63,491 bases of DNA, from assembly GCF_001194135.2 (NCBI RefSeq), contig NC_069001.1, forward strand, positions 27,114,363 through 27,177,853. Direction: 5' to 3'. The stretch's first letter is position 1; each line of letters opens with the position of its first letter. Under the pieces are notes generated by a model. That model saw nothing but the letters and a program-made list of their open reading frames with translations, did no database searches and was not told where the DNA came from. Below are positions 1 to 12,623 of the stretch, piece by piece. Origin of the DNA: Octopus bimaculoides (lineage: Eukaryota). A program made the position numbers and the translations under genes.

Positions 1-82
<82 letters not shown>

Positions 83-890
83 CATATTATACATATCCTT
101 ATATACAATAAGATACACATATACATACATACATGCATACATACAAATGTGCTCTTTGAAAATCAATGCCCATTCTTTAAGGAATGTAATATATCAAAAC
201 ACTCATTTTAAAACATTTTTCAATATCGCTCGGTTCTTTGCAACATGCATGGTCAGTCTCGTGTGAAATTATGGGCGATACTGTTCTCTTTCTGTCAAGG
301 TAAATTATACTGAATGAGTCACAAGCTCTTTAAGAAATTCATAAAAATGGTTATCTCTTCTTTCGTAAGCAACAAAAAATATTAATATTATTATAATAAG
401 CTTTATAAGTACTCCACTATGGCTAGAATGTTTCCGGGCTAGACATCAGTAATTTACTGCGATTTTGTCACGTGCAATACAATCTAACATCACTCTACTA
501 GGGAAGGACATTTTTAGAATCATTACAAATACGTAAACAATATAGTGTTTAGTACCATTTGCTTGGTTCTCTTGAGTCACCGATATTTCCCATCACTCAA
601 CCACTGGTGTATACAAATCCTCAAGTTACTCATCTCGATGTGTAATTTTCTCGTATATCATGTAATGTAACTCAAGCAAAAACACCCCTGTGTATTATAT
701 CCTTATTTCAACTGTAACAATAGATAAAAAAGCAAATCAGATTTCTCAATATATATTGCATTACTAATGGGACATAGAATATTAAATCTTGCAGATTCTA
801 TTGAGTCTAGTAATAGCTAAGTAGACTGAACAATTTCATATTTAGGTTTCATGATAGTATTAGGCTTCAGATAGTATAATTAAAGTCAAC

Positions 891-1500
891 GTAGGCGTCA
901 AAGCTAGCAGAATCGTTAGCACGTCAGACAAAATGCTTAGCAGAATTTCGTCCGTCAATACGCTCTGAGTTCAAACTCCGCCGAGATCGACTTTGCTTTT
1001 TATCCTTTCGGTGAAAATAAGTACTAGTTGAACAATGAAGTCGATATAATCGACATATCCCCCACCCGAAATTGCTCGGCATGTACACACATTTAAAATC
1101 ATTATTAAAGCTAAATGAATGGGTCAGGGGCACAGGATTGTCCAAATCATTAGAACCTCAAAAAACTTAATTCAGTGCATTCTACATTTATATAGTTTGA
1201 ATTTAAATCCTAGAGCAACTGACTCCGCTATTTATCCACGCAGGGTCAGACAAAAATAGAGTGGCAGTCAAAAAAATCATCGTCCAAATGTAATATGTAC
1301 ACATACTAGATATTATTCTTTAGGTTTTATAAGGCGATATAATATCCTAAGCTCAAATTCCTTTGAGGCGGACTTAGCCGTTCATCCTTATTAGGTCGAT
1401 AACTAAGTACTATTAAAGTCCTCAATCAATGTAATCGACTTCAACCTTCCTCAAAAAAAGAAAAAAAATGCTGGGCCTGTACCAAAATTTGAAACCATTT
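891..1500 (+). mobile_element. Two tandem family-B SINE copies (about 891-1108 and 1345-1499)
   Basis: gcagaatcgttagcacg...aaatgcttagc...ctgagttcaaa.tccgccgag.tcgacttt. Confidence 0.7.
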
Positions 1501-1758
1501 GTATAGCATGTCATTAAAACATATGATCTTAGTACATCTTCAGCTCTCCGCTATTCATATTCGTGTATTATTTTTGTGGTGAGAGAGGGAAAGAAGGCCT
1601 CAAAATACAAAATCATGAGCAAGATCTCTTACGCTTTCCGCAAGTTATTTATGCTTTTCATGACTTCCAATCGTATGACTGAACTGAAAATTCAAGTACA
1701 CCAAGTCCACTTGTAGATCTCATTTTCCACAGTATTCACTAAACTATAGCTATACTTG

Positions 1759-1797
<39 letters not shown>

Positions 1798-2747
1798 NNN
1801 NNNNNNNNNNNNNNNNNNNNNNNNNNNNNNNNNNNNNNNNNNNNNNNNNNNNNNNNNNNNNNNNNNNNNNNNNNNNNNNNNNNNNNNNNNNNNNNNNNNN
1901 NNNNNNNNNNNNNNNNNNNNNNNNNNNNNNNNNNNNNNNNNNNNNNNNNNNNNNNNNNNNNNNNNNNNNNNNNNNNNNNNNNNNNNNNNNNNNNNNNNNN
2001 NNNNNNNNNNNNNNNNNNNNNNNNNNNNNNNNNNNNNNNNNNNNNNNNNNNNNNNNNNNNNNNNNNNNNNNNNNNNNNNNNNNNNNNNNNNNNNNNNNNN
2101 NNNNNNNNNNNNNNNNNNNNNNNNNNNNNNNNNNNNNNNNNNNNNNNNNNNNNNNNNNNNNNNNNNNNNNNNNNNNNNNNNNNNNNNNNNNNNNNNNNNN
2201 NNNNNNNNNNNNNNNNNNNNNNNNNNNNNNNNNNNNNNNNNNNNNNNNNNNNNNNNNNNNNNNNNNNNNNNNNNNNNNNNNNNNNNNNNNNNNNNNNNNN
2301 NNNNNNNNNNNNNNNNNNNNNNNNNNNNNNNNNNNNNNNNNNNNNNNNNNNNNNNNNNNNNNNNNNNNNNNNNNNNNNNNNNNNNNNNNNNNNNNNNNNN
2401 NNNNNNNNNNNNNNNNNNNNNNNNNNNNNNNNNNNNNNNNNNNNNNNNNNNNNNNNNNNNNNNNNNNNNNNNNNNNNNNNNNNNNNNNNNNNNNNNNNNN
2501 NNNNNNNNNNNNNNNNNNNNNNNNNNNNNNNNNNNNNNNNNNNNNNNNNNNNNNNNNNNNNNNNNNNNNNNNNNNNNNNNNNNNNNNNNNNNNNNNNNNN
2601 NNNNNNNNNNNNNNNNNNNNNNNNNNNNNNNNNNNNNNNNNNNNNNNNNNNNNNNNNNNNNNNNNNNNNNNNNNNNNNNNNNNNNNNNNNNNNNNNNNNN
2701 NNNNNNNNNNNNNNNNNNNNNNNNNNNNNNNNNNNNNNNNNNNNNNN

Positions 2748-2782
<35 letters not shown>

Positions 2783-3365
2783 TTGCACATATGTATATTA
2801 CTTTCTTGAATAAGAGATACATGATTTAATTAATGTGAAATGAAAGAAAACTTTTGAAAAAAATCTAAACTTTAATAATCATATGACGTATAACAAATAT
2901 ATAAATATATACAATATTTATAAAATAATTCATTGTGAACTATTTCTTGATGCCACGAAATAAAAGAAGGCAATCATGTATATGAAAAGACGATGCCTGT
3001 CTCACTACTCTATGCATGTCTCTCGTGTATTTCTCACGATGGTTACGGGGTATAAACCATGTAATTAATGATGCACTGAAGGGCATTATGTTTTCTTAAT
3101 GAATAAGATTTTGCCTTTTATTTGGAGGAGGTAAACAGCAATCTAGCTGTTAGGTTAGCACTGGTGAATATAAAAAGCTGACGCAGCAATTAGTTTAAGA
3201 AAATTCAATGTCTGATTAAAATTCTCGCTCTGCAACCCTAGTGTTTCAAGCTTAGTGACACTGTTAGGCACCTTGAGAAAGTGTCTTGTAGTATAGACTT
3301 TGGCCAACGGAAGACGCGTTGAATTTCGTAGACGGAAAATTTGTGGAAGTCCACCGCAGATATGA

Positions 3366-3400
<35 letters not shown>

Positions 3401-3409
3401 ATATATATA

Positions 3410-3545
3410 TGGGAAAATTTACGAAAAAGAAAACAACAGACGAGGACAGGTGGTGTAAACAACAAAAGGATGTATTAGTTTAACGCTCGGGAATAGAGAA
3501 AGTCTTTAACGTTTCGAGCTACGCTCTTCAACAGAAAGAAATAAG
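3410..3545 (-). mobile_element. Short Penelope-like non-autonomous element with variant hammerhead (CUGUUGA core) at 3503-3539, abutting (TA)n
   Basis: Minus strand: TCTTT-CTGTTGA-A-GAGC(gta)GCTC-GAA-ACGT-T-AAAGA. Homologous to 14385-14520 and 25016-25138. Confidence 0.65.
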
Positions 3546-3640
3546 GAGAAAAACAAGAAGAAAAAAAGTTTAAATGTCGTGGTCAACGATCTATCATGGT
3601 GACTGTGTGTATATATANNNNNNNNNNNNNNNNNNNNNNN

Positions 3641-3676
<36 letters not shown>

Positions 3677-5136
3677 TCACCATGATATATATACATTTGT
3701 ATGTGCTTTTGAATTTTCCTCCCCCGTCCGACAATCGTTGCTGGTTCGCTTACATTTTCGTAACTTAGTGGTTCAAAATATTAGAAAGACAAGAAAGAAA
3801 AAGAAAAACGGTAGATTAAGTAACAAACTTAAAAATACGCACTAGGATCCATTTGCTTGTGTTTGCCAAATATTGAAACAAATAAAAGATAAAGAGTAAA
3901 TATTAATAGATGGGTATTTATCATGTTTTATTGTAATAGTTTATAAAGAATAATGAAAATATATTTACAATTCAATTGTATAATTGAAATGTTGTTCATA
4001 GTTTGGTGTAATGCAAGAAAGAAGGAAAAAGAAAAAAAGGACGAGAATAATTTTGTTTTTATGAATATATTTCTTTAGGAATGCGTGGTTATCTTCGATT
4101 TTATTTTCTGTATTCATCTGGTTATAGCATTCATATTCCTCCTCAATGTTTAGTGAAAATTGCATGCTTGGTTCCATGTTAGGGCCGTTATCTATCATTA
4201 ACTGCTGGTTCTTTTCAAATTTCCGAAATAATGTATCCCATTCCTTGACGTAATTTGTTTCATTTGGATTGTCCTTTTCTTCGTATGAGCATTGCTGATC
4301 CAAATTAAAGAGGTCATGATCTGTTAATTCCCCTGAATGAGATAGCAGTGGAACACGAACAATTCTATTACGTATTTCATAGAAACCAAACTCTCATCCA
4401 GCGCTAGATATTTCTATAATACGTTTTTCGTTGTTTTGGAAGGTCAATAAAACCATAAACATAATACACTAAAATATGTTTCCTGGTGACTCCCTAGCTG
4501 CTTTCTATTAGATCTTCCTAGGATTTATAAATATTTACAATGGCATCTTTATATTAAATCACTTCAAAAATTTTACCATTCAGATGCAATTCTGTTTGAG
4601 CAAAACTCTTTGTTAAATACAATGACATGGAATTCTAAAACACATCTGGTTCTGTGTGTTGCAAATGGGTTGTCCTCAGAGACAAGAATATGCTTCACCT
4701 TTTCAATCAGGGCCCTAATTGCATTAGACTGATTACGCAGCATTGTCTAAAGTTGAGGGGCGCATTAAACTAACACTGGTATTTTGAACACCTTTCGCTT
4801 GAATGGAAAATACTTTCTATCGGTGGCAAACCACAGCGAAAATGTTTCACTAAAAGTCAAATGTATCCCTAACATATTTGAGGTTATCAAAAATTTGATT
4901 ATTTTATACCATTGCTTCGAGCACAAGTCATATATTTTCTTCCGGTCAGGCGACTGATAAATGCAGTTTTGAAGTAATATTGACTGGTTTCCTGTAAGGA
5001 AGCGCAATCTGGCAATCAGTTCAGAGTTGTTCCGCTTGCTATCTGACTCTGACGACAGTTAAGAATCTACAAATATATCTACCACTCTACACACGCATGC
5101 TCTCTAGCACTCTACACACGCATGCTCCCCCCCCAC

Positions 5137-5186
<50 letters not shown>

Positions 5187-5189
5187 CTC

Positions 5190-5611
5190 CAATAGAGATA
5201 TCTGATTTGAGGTCATCGCGATTATCTTCTACCTTCACATCTTCACTGATTAATCACCCATACTGTGTCGCATAGTTAACAACGGATCAGAGATCAGCTT
5301 CATGGTCGATATCAGTGAACCTCACTCATATATTTCTTTGGTTTTAATATTGGACTACAATTATATGGGTAGATGATTAGATCAATGTTTACTCATCCCA
5401 AGTCTGTGTCTTCGATTGTACGCGAACCACTTCCGCAGTCTTCGTTCAGGCCTTCTTTGAGGATAGTCCAGTTCTTAGCGTTGTAGAGGAGGAGAGGCAG
5501 AAACAGTGTGCATAAAAGACGAATCTTGATCTTTAGGGAAAATATTGGGCGTCTTCCATTTTTTCCGTATGCATATATATGTGACCTTCTGCCGCTCCAT
5601 ATCTTGCACAT
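5190..5611 (-). mobile_element. Decayed RTE-like LINE ORF2 fragment (region C-terminal to RT)
   Basis: ORF 5393-5611 reads FSLKIKIRLLCTLFLPLLLYNAKNWTILKE, matching the typical RTE 'SLKTKIRLY...LPVLLYG.ETWTL' segment. Confidence 0.75.
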
Positions 5612-6138
5612 ATGTCTAAGGCAAAACTAATTTGTGTCTCTTCTCACAATTCTCTCAGACTGCATGTTTTGAATAAGTTTGGTCATGTCCAGTTCTATAA
5701 TTATTGCACCGAGAGCACGTGCGACGGTATCACCTTCGTAAATACATTTATTTACACTTTCACTAATATGTGTGGTGGAAGCGTGCAAATGACATTGTTG
5801 TTTTCTTCTCTCAAACAGCGCCAGCGTCGTCCGTATTATGCCATTGTTTAAAGAAATGACATTAAATTTTTCGTTATTTACTTTAAAGCATGTGTACTTT
5901 GTTGCACAATATGTTGTTCATTTTTCACTGTTCGTCTTGTGAATGGAAATTCTATTTTCTGTATGATATTATTTGTTTTGTGTATCATTTAATATATTTA
6001 TTATAACTATTTCACCATGTTTTCTAATAAATTAAGAACAATATAACACGTCTAAAAACAAAGGAAACCAATATTAAACTTTCACTCGAAAACTGAAGTT
6101 ACGAAGGCCATGAAAATAATTTATTTAATATTATTATA

Positions 6139-6305
6139 GGGCGCAGGCGTGGCAGTGTGGTAAGAAATATGCTTCGCAACCTTATGGTTCGGGGTTCAGC
6201 CCCGCTGCGTGGCCACTATAGCCTCAAGCGAACCAAAGATTTCTGAGTGGATTTGGAGGACGAAAACTGAAAGACGCCTGTCGTGTGTGTATGTATGTAT
6301 ATGAT

Positions 6306-6343
<38 letters not shown>

Positions 6344-6353
6344 NNNNNNNNNN

Positions 6354-6389
<36 letters not shown>

Positions 6390-6688
6390 CGCGCGTGTGT
6401 GTGCGTATACATATATATATGTATGTGTATGTAGATATATAGATATATATATGTGTGTGTGTGTGTTTGTGTGTCTGTGTTTGTTCTCCCATCACTTGAC
6501 AACCGATGTTGGTGTGTATACGTCAAAGAAACTTAGGGGTTCGGCAAAAGTGACCGATATATTAAGTACTAGGCTTACAAAGAATATGTCCTAGGGCAGA
6601 TTTTTTCGACTAAAAAAAAAACCGTTTAAAGCGGTGCTCTAGCATGGCCGCAGTCAAATAACTGAATCAAGTCAAAGAATAAAAGAAT
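6139..6688 (+). mobile_element. Family-A tRNA-derived SINE with internal (TA)/(TG) microsatellite
   Basis: Head gcaggcgtggc.gtgtggtaag...ggttcggggttcag; body ...gacggaaactgaaag...; tail gcggtgctc.agcatggccgcagtcaaat.actgaa. Recurs at 29.5, 42.2, 25.5 and 61.6-62.5 kb. Confidence 0.85.
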
Positions 6689-7484
6689 ACTAGGCACAGG
6701 GTTGTATTGGAGGCGTTGGCAATGGCGGCAGCAGGTTGTGGTTGTCGTTTTTGATGACGACAACTACGACACCGATGATTTTAACCGCGATGATGACGGC
6801 GTCAATATTGATGATCAAGAGGAGCAAGAGAAAGCAGCAGAAGATGGGGATGATGACATCATCATCATTTCTCCCATTAGCATAATGCTAGAAATATTTG
6901 CAGAATAGAAATATATTTATGACTGAATACTTAGTGTCCACTTTAATTCGCTCTGTCAATGTTCCTACAATATATATACGTATATACACTTTCAAATATC
7001 ATTTTGTACATATAAGGATTTCTCTCTCGCAAACAATCAGTAAACTCATCTATAATTTCGCTAAACACTTTAAAGTAATCACTTGTTGTTAGATTACATA
7101 ATCAAGCACTTATCTCCAGAAGGTAACATGTCACGAGGCTATCACAAACTGAAAGCTATACTTCCTTTAATTTCATCTTCCTTTCTTCCTGTCTTCTACC
7201 TCATCTTTCCTTTTCTTTGGCTCCCATTCTTTTACTTGGCTCTCATCCTTTCGGGTAACGAGAAAATAGATTACAGGCTTAATACTGTGGCCGATTGTAT
7301 TTTCTGCTCGCTGCAAAATTTCTCGATCTGTGCTCAAATCAGAAACAATTCTTTAATTTTTTTTTAGTTTATTTATATATTTATTTATTTAGCATTAAAA
7401 TAGGATATAGAACTTCCTAGTTATATGATTTGGGGCTCTGATCTGCTGCGTGGCACCTTGGGCAAGTTACTTCTACTATACAGT

Positions 7485-7765
7485 CAGTTCTATATTTAAT
7501 AGATGAGGAATTATGTACATTATTTACATTTGACGGATATTTGTCCTCAGCTTGTTTGTTGTTAACACAACGTTTCGGCTGATATACTCTCCAGCCTTCT
7601 TGAGGTGTCTTGGGGAAATTTCGAACCTGGGTTCTCATTCCTAAGGTATTTTTCGATGCTATTATTATTATCATTATTATTGTTTTGGTCAATGCTTGGA
7701 ATCGAACTCGGAATCTTGGGGTTAGTAGCCTGCGCTCTTAACCACTATGCCATATGCCCGTGGGC
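7485..7765 (-). mobile_element. Monomeric copy of the tRNA-head plus hammerhead element, inserted into a family-A SINE
   Basis: Same sequence as the 58.4-58.68 kb arm. Flanked by direct repeats CTTCTACTATA (7470-7480 and 7771-7781) that split the host SINE. Confidence 0.85.
7564..7609 (-). ncRNA. Hammerhead motif with mutated core (CTCAAGA) and intact GAA-ACGT-T
   Basis: Minus strand: GACAC-CTCAAGA-A-GGCTG(gagagtatat)CAGCC-GAA-ACGT-T-GTGTT. Confidence 0.55.
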
Positions 7766-8199
7766 CTCTACTTCTACTATAGCCAGGGCTAACCAAAGAC
7801 TTGAGTGCATTTGGTAGACAGCAACTGAAAGAAGTTCGACGTGTACATATGTCTGTGTATGTGTGTGTATGTGTGTCGTGGGTGCGCGCGCGCGTATATA
7901 TATGTACGTGTGTGAGTGTGTATGTGTGCGTGCGTATGCATGCATGTATGCTGCGTTAAGATATATATGTTTGCGTGTCTGTTTTTGCTAGTGTTTGTCT
8001 CGCACCATCGTTTTACAATCGATGTCGCTTTGATTCCGTCCTTTGCAACACAGCGGTTCGGTAAAAAGAGATTGATGAAATAAATATCTGCTTTGAAAAA
8101 ACAAATAGTGAGGTCAATTGGTTCGATTAATCACTTCAAGGTGGTTCTACTGCATGGTCGTAGTACAATGATTGAAACAAGTAATCAACAAAAGATATC

Positions 8200-8425
8200 C
8201 TTGAGCAAGACACTTTATTTCACGTTGCTCCTGTCTACTCAGCTGCCAAAAGTGAGTAGTACCTGTATTTCAAAGGGCCTGCCTTGTCACGCTATGTGTC
8301 ACGCTGAGTCTCCCTGAGAACTACGTTAGGGGTACACGTGTCTGTGGATTGCTCAGTCACTTGCAAGTTAATTTCACGAGCAAGCTGTTCCGTTGATCAT
8401 ATCAGCTGGGACTCTCATCGTCGTA
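8200..8425 (+). mobile_element. Family-C SINE central domain plus 3' module type 1
   Basis: ttgagcaagacactttatttcacgttgctc...ccctgagaactacgttaggggtacacgtgtctgtgga...ttaatttcacgagcaagctgttccgttgatc. Confidence 0.75.
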
Positions 8426-10068
8426 ACCTATATTTTTGTGAAATAATCGTAACCTACATATTTGTGAAATTCGCTTAATATTACTCTATCAGTTCTACTT
8501 CTCAGGGCTCAAACGTATCACTTTAAATTTAACTGCGTAATGTAAAAATCTAATTCCTTAAAACTGTTTTCGATGAGTTAATGTCGAAATCTACGAGGTA
8601 GTTAATTCAGGCATGTTACATCCGATGGTTTAGTGATCTTCTGCACATTAATTTCGCCTTCGTTATACACTCAATTAAAACCGAAAATAACCAATTTAAT
8701 ATTCAGGAACACTCGAAAACTTGAGAAGGACATTAAAAAGACTGTCATGTTTGTGATAAATATTATATTGATAACACTTAAAGTTTGAATGGTAGCCAAA
8801 GTTGAAACTACAGGTCTGTCCCTTAACCTGCAGGAAAGAGAGTCAATATTACACTATATTGTGTTAGGTTGAAAAAAAAAAATCATACTTAGATGGGATA
8901 ATGAAAACATCATCTGAAACAAAGACGTATTGGTTACAAATGAGTCAAGCAGACTGGTCACCCAAGTCTGCCTGGTACTAAACAATAAAGCCAACAACTA
9001 TCAATATTTAAAGTTGGCTCTTTGTCATTAATACTGACAAAAATCATGTATGGAAATCAAATCTAAAATGATGTATCGGTATCCAAATTTTAAGCGATTA
9101 AGGCCATCTCATAGAGAAAAATCACTTTCTTACGTGTATTTTAACCTACCTGTCAGGCGATATTCATAACATTTAGATGTGTGGCGGTCAGTTCTTTCCC
9201 CGCAAAAGTTGTCTGTGCTTGCGTCTGTCAATGTTTACGTATGCATGTTTGTGCATGCATGTGTATGTGTAAGCCTGTGTGTGATTTTACAGGCGCGTGC
9301 ATGAATGCCTAATTTAGCAGGTCCCCAGTCCCTTATTTCGGATCTGATCGCAATGTCAGCACATTGGGAAGCGTCTACTCCTACAACTCTAGGGCTACGA
9401 GAGTCTCACCAGTCACGTTTGTTGACACAGAAACTGAATTGAAGCTTATCAGATCCACCTTTCCTATTCATGGGAAATATAAAAGTATTCCACCGCTCTG
9501 ATTATACAACAACCACTAAGCTTTTGCTTTGACGTTATCACGTTGTAGTCGGGTGCAATCATTCTGAGTATGTGTGTATACATATATTTCGTTGTTATGA
9601 CGTTAAGCTGTCGTATGTCCAAATTTGGCAAAATGTGTTTCTTTCAATATTTATTTTTGCTTACAATGGCCGGTTCTTTTTGTCAAACTATCGTATCTCC
9701 AAGATATAAAAAAAGTGTAGTAAAACGGTATATTTTTATATATGTATGTCATTTATTATTCAGTTTTAATTCAAGATTCCTTGCCAATAGAGAAAGAACC
9801 GGTTTCTAACCTTGAGCCAAGCTTCCTTTTGTATGTATGTATGTATGTATGTATGTATGTATGTATGTATGTATGCATGTATGTATGTATGTATGTATAC
9901 CTGCAGATTTGTATGTTTTGATTTATGTATGTCTTCTCATGCATATAGTTGCATGTCTAGACATGCCCTTATATACTGAAATGATAAACTTCTGGAAAGT
10001 TTTACAGAATTTTCCAATTCCTTTGATGACTTGAATTTGTCGTCTTCGAATCAGCTTTCTCATTTCTC

Positions 10069-10109
<41 letters not shown>

Positions 10110-10835
10110 GCGTGTGTGTGTGCGTTATTTAATAGGTAGGACTCACAAAAGCCGGGAAAGCATTGTGCAGTGGTATTTTGGCAAGTGCCAATTCACAAAT
10201 CCTTCCGCTTTTGAGTCACTATGTAAATCTTGCCGTTTAAATAATATATAGGTACGCATATACACGCGTGTGTGTGTACGTATGTATTCATGCATATGTT
10301 TATGTACGTATGTTTGTATAAATGTATTCTCATATCATGAGTTTTGTTTTCCTTTTTATATCACCAAATACACGCACAAATAAAACCATAATAATGAGAT
10401 GGTTTTTTTGTTTCCTTCACAACCTCAACATACTATTCCGTTATTCATTCATTTATTTATTTTGTATTCTACTTATGAAGTAGAATACAAAACATTCGTT
10501 TAACAAAAGAACGCTTTGGTCTTCAACAGCAATCAAAATCCTTTTACTCTTAGCTCATAATACGCCATACGGCGCTTTTTTCTCACAAGCAGCGCTGAAA
10601 TATTTCTTTATCACTTTCGCTTTTAACTGTCTTGTCAGATATTAAGCTACTGAAGAGATTTTCTTGCCAACGTCTTTCCATGACATTTTATAATCCCATT
10701 TTCATTTTTATTTTGTTGGCGTTTTTCCGGCCCTCTTCTAAGATGCTTGTTATCTCAGACTTCATTTTATATTTGTTGGCTTCCTTGAAAACGGACAAAT
10801 GTTTTGTTTTCTTTTTTCTCTTTTGTACATATCCC

Positions 10836-10894
<59 letters not shown>

Positions 10895-10914
10895 TCTCAC
10901 TCTCTTTGTATCTC

Positions 10915-10956
<42 letters not shown>

Positions 10957-12579
10957 TGTACTTGTCTGTCTATCTGTCCATTTCTCTCTTTCACAATATA
11001 TAGTGCGTGTGTGCTTGTATGTATGCGTGTATGCATATGCGCATGCGCTTCTCGTTTAGATATATTAGTTTGCTTTTATTCTTTTTATTTTCGTTTATCA
11101 TACAGGAGATAGATTATACTAGGCTCTTAGTGGAAAACACACACAAACACAAGCACACACACATACACACATACATATATCTGCCTACTTGTTTTCTTGG
11201 TAAATACAATCCGCCTTCTTTGCCGGCTCGTTCGGCTGGGTGTCTTTAAAGTCAATCATTATTTTTTGCCTTCTTTAGCCGTCTAGTCTTGCTAATTCAC
11301 TGCTATTTACCATTTAAGATTGTTTTAGGCTTTAATAGAATGTTTCTTTAATGATAAGTATATCATATTTCCTATAATAATGATGTTAACAGCGACGACA
11401 GCAGCAGTAGCAACAACATCAACAATAATAATGATTTCGGTTATTTGTCACAAGGACTTAAAACATTGAGAGCAACATCAAAGGACGATATAAAACTCAG
11501 ACAGGAGAGATTTCCATCGATCGAAGGGAAACAAAATAAGGATATAAAAAAAGTTTGGAAACCACTGATTTAGGGCCTCGATCATCTATCATCTTCTATG
11601 CGTCCTCTCAGTGTTCAAATTTCATATAAGTTACTGTTTGACTGTAGTATAATGCAGAAATATGCTTAGAAATATGTACAGCAGCAAACTTGGACACTCG
11701 TGTATTTTAAATCAGGTAATGCTTTAAGAATACTAGTCATCAGACCCCAAAATATAAAGAATGGAAGTTTTTAAATGAACAGAAACGAAAATAAACTGGA
11801 AAAATTACATTAAACATATAAACGTCTCAATGTGGAATATAATGAGGTTTAATAGAAACCTCTCGAAGAGACTTGTATGTTAAAATTACAAGAACGATAT
11901 TTATAGCATTGTTGCGTAGCCAGAAATGTTTCGACATGATTTGTTCTCTTCAGTGACGAACTCACCAGACATTATACACTAAGGCATCAATGGCAATTCT
12001 GATGTTGAAATCCTTTATCAAAACATTTATTCATTTGTGCAAACTAACCAGGTTAGATTTTAATCCATTCACTGAAACAGTTTCAGATTAAAATGTAGAT
12101 GAATATCATAATTATAGTGTGCATATAAATGAACAACGGAACAAGCTGAAACATTTTGTCTCAAAGACATTCCTCGGAAAATGCTGAAGATAAAAAGCTC
12201 AGTTAAGAAAACCCATGGGCTTCCAAACATCAGGTGTTTCGACCTGATTTCCTCTCCTTAGTCACGAATACGCTAGGTTTCTGAGCTAGTGCTTATTGGA
12301 CAAAGTTGGGCTGGTGAGGAATTTTGCATTGAAATATGGTAGAATAGTTGTAATCGCTGGAATGCTTTTAGCATATGCCTTCTAGATTATGGACAACGTG
12401 GAACTAAACCAACGAAAGCAGTAACGGTGTATTTAGCCATAATGTTGATGTTCATTCAAAGCTGATATAAATTTCCTTGTAAGTAGAAAGATTGATTTCG
12501 AATTCCGACGGGTGTGTCAGAAAGTTTAACGAGTATGTGTTGTTTCAAAAGTATGATAATACACACACACACACACATG

Positions 12580-12623
<44 letters not shown>

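Larger units (their letters stand above)
7444..8185 (+). mobile_element. Family-A SINE, 5'-truncated and interrupted by the hammerhead element
   Basis: gctgcgtggcaccttgggcaag..cttctactata, then the insert, then cttctactatagccagggctaaccaaag... Confidence 0.8.

Noticed and set aside
1692-2829. Long ORFs in the track here and at 12.5, 30.2, 43.6, 54.0 and 62.0 kb
   Set aside because: They are translations of N-gaps and (TA)n, giving X runs and YIYI.
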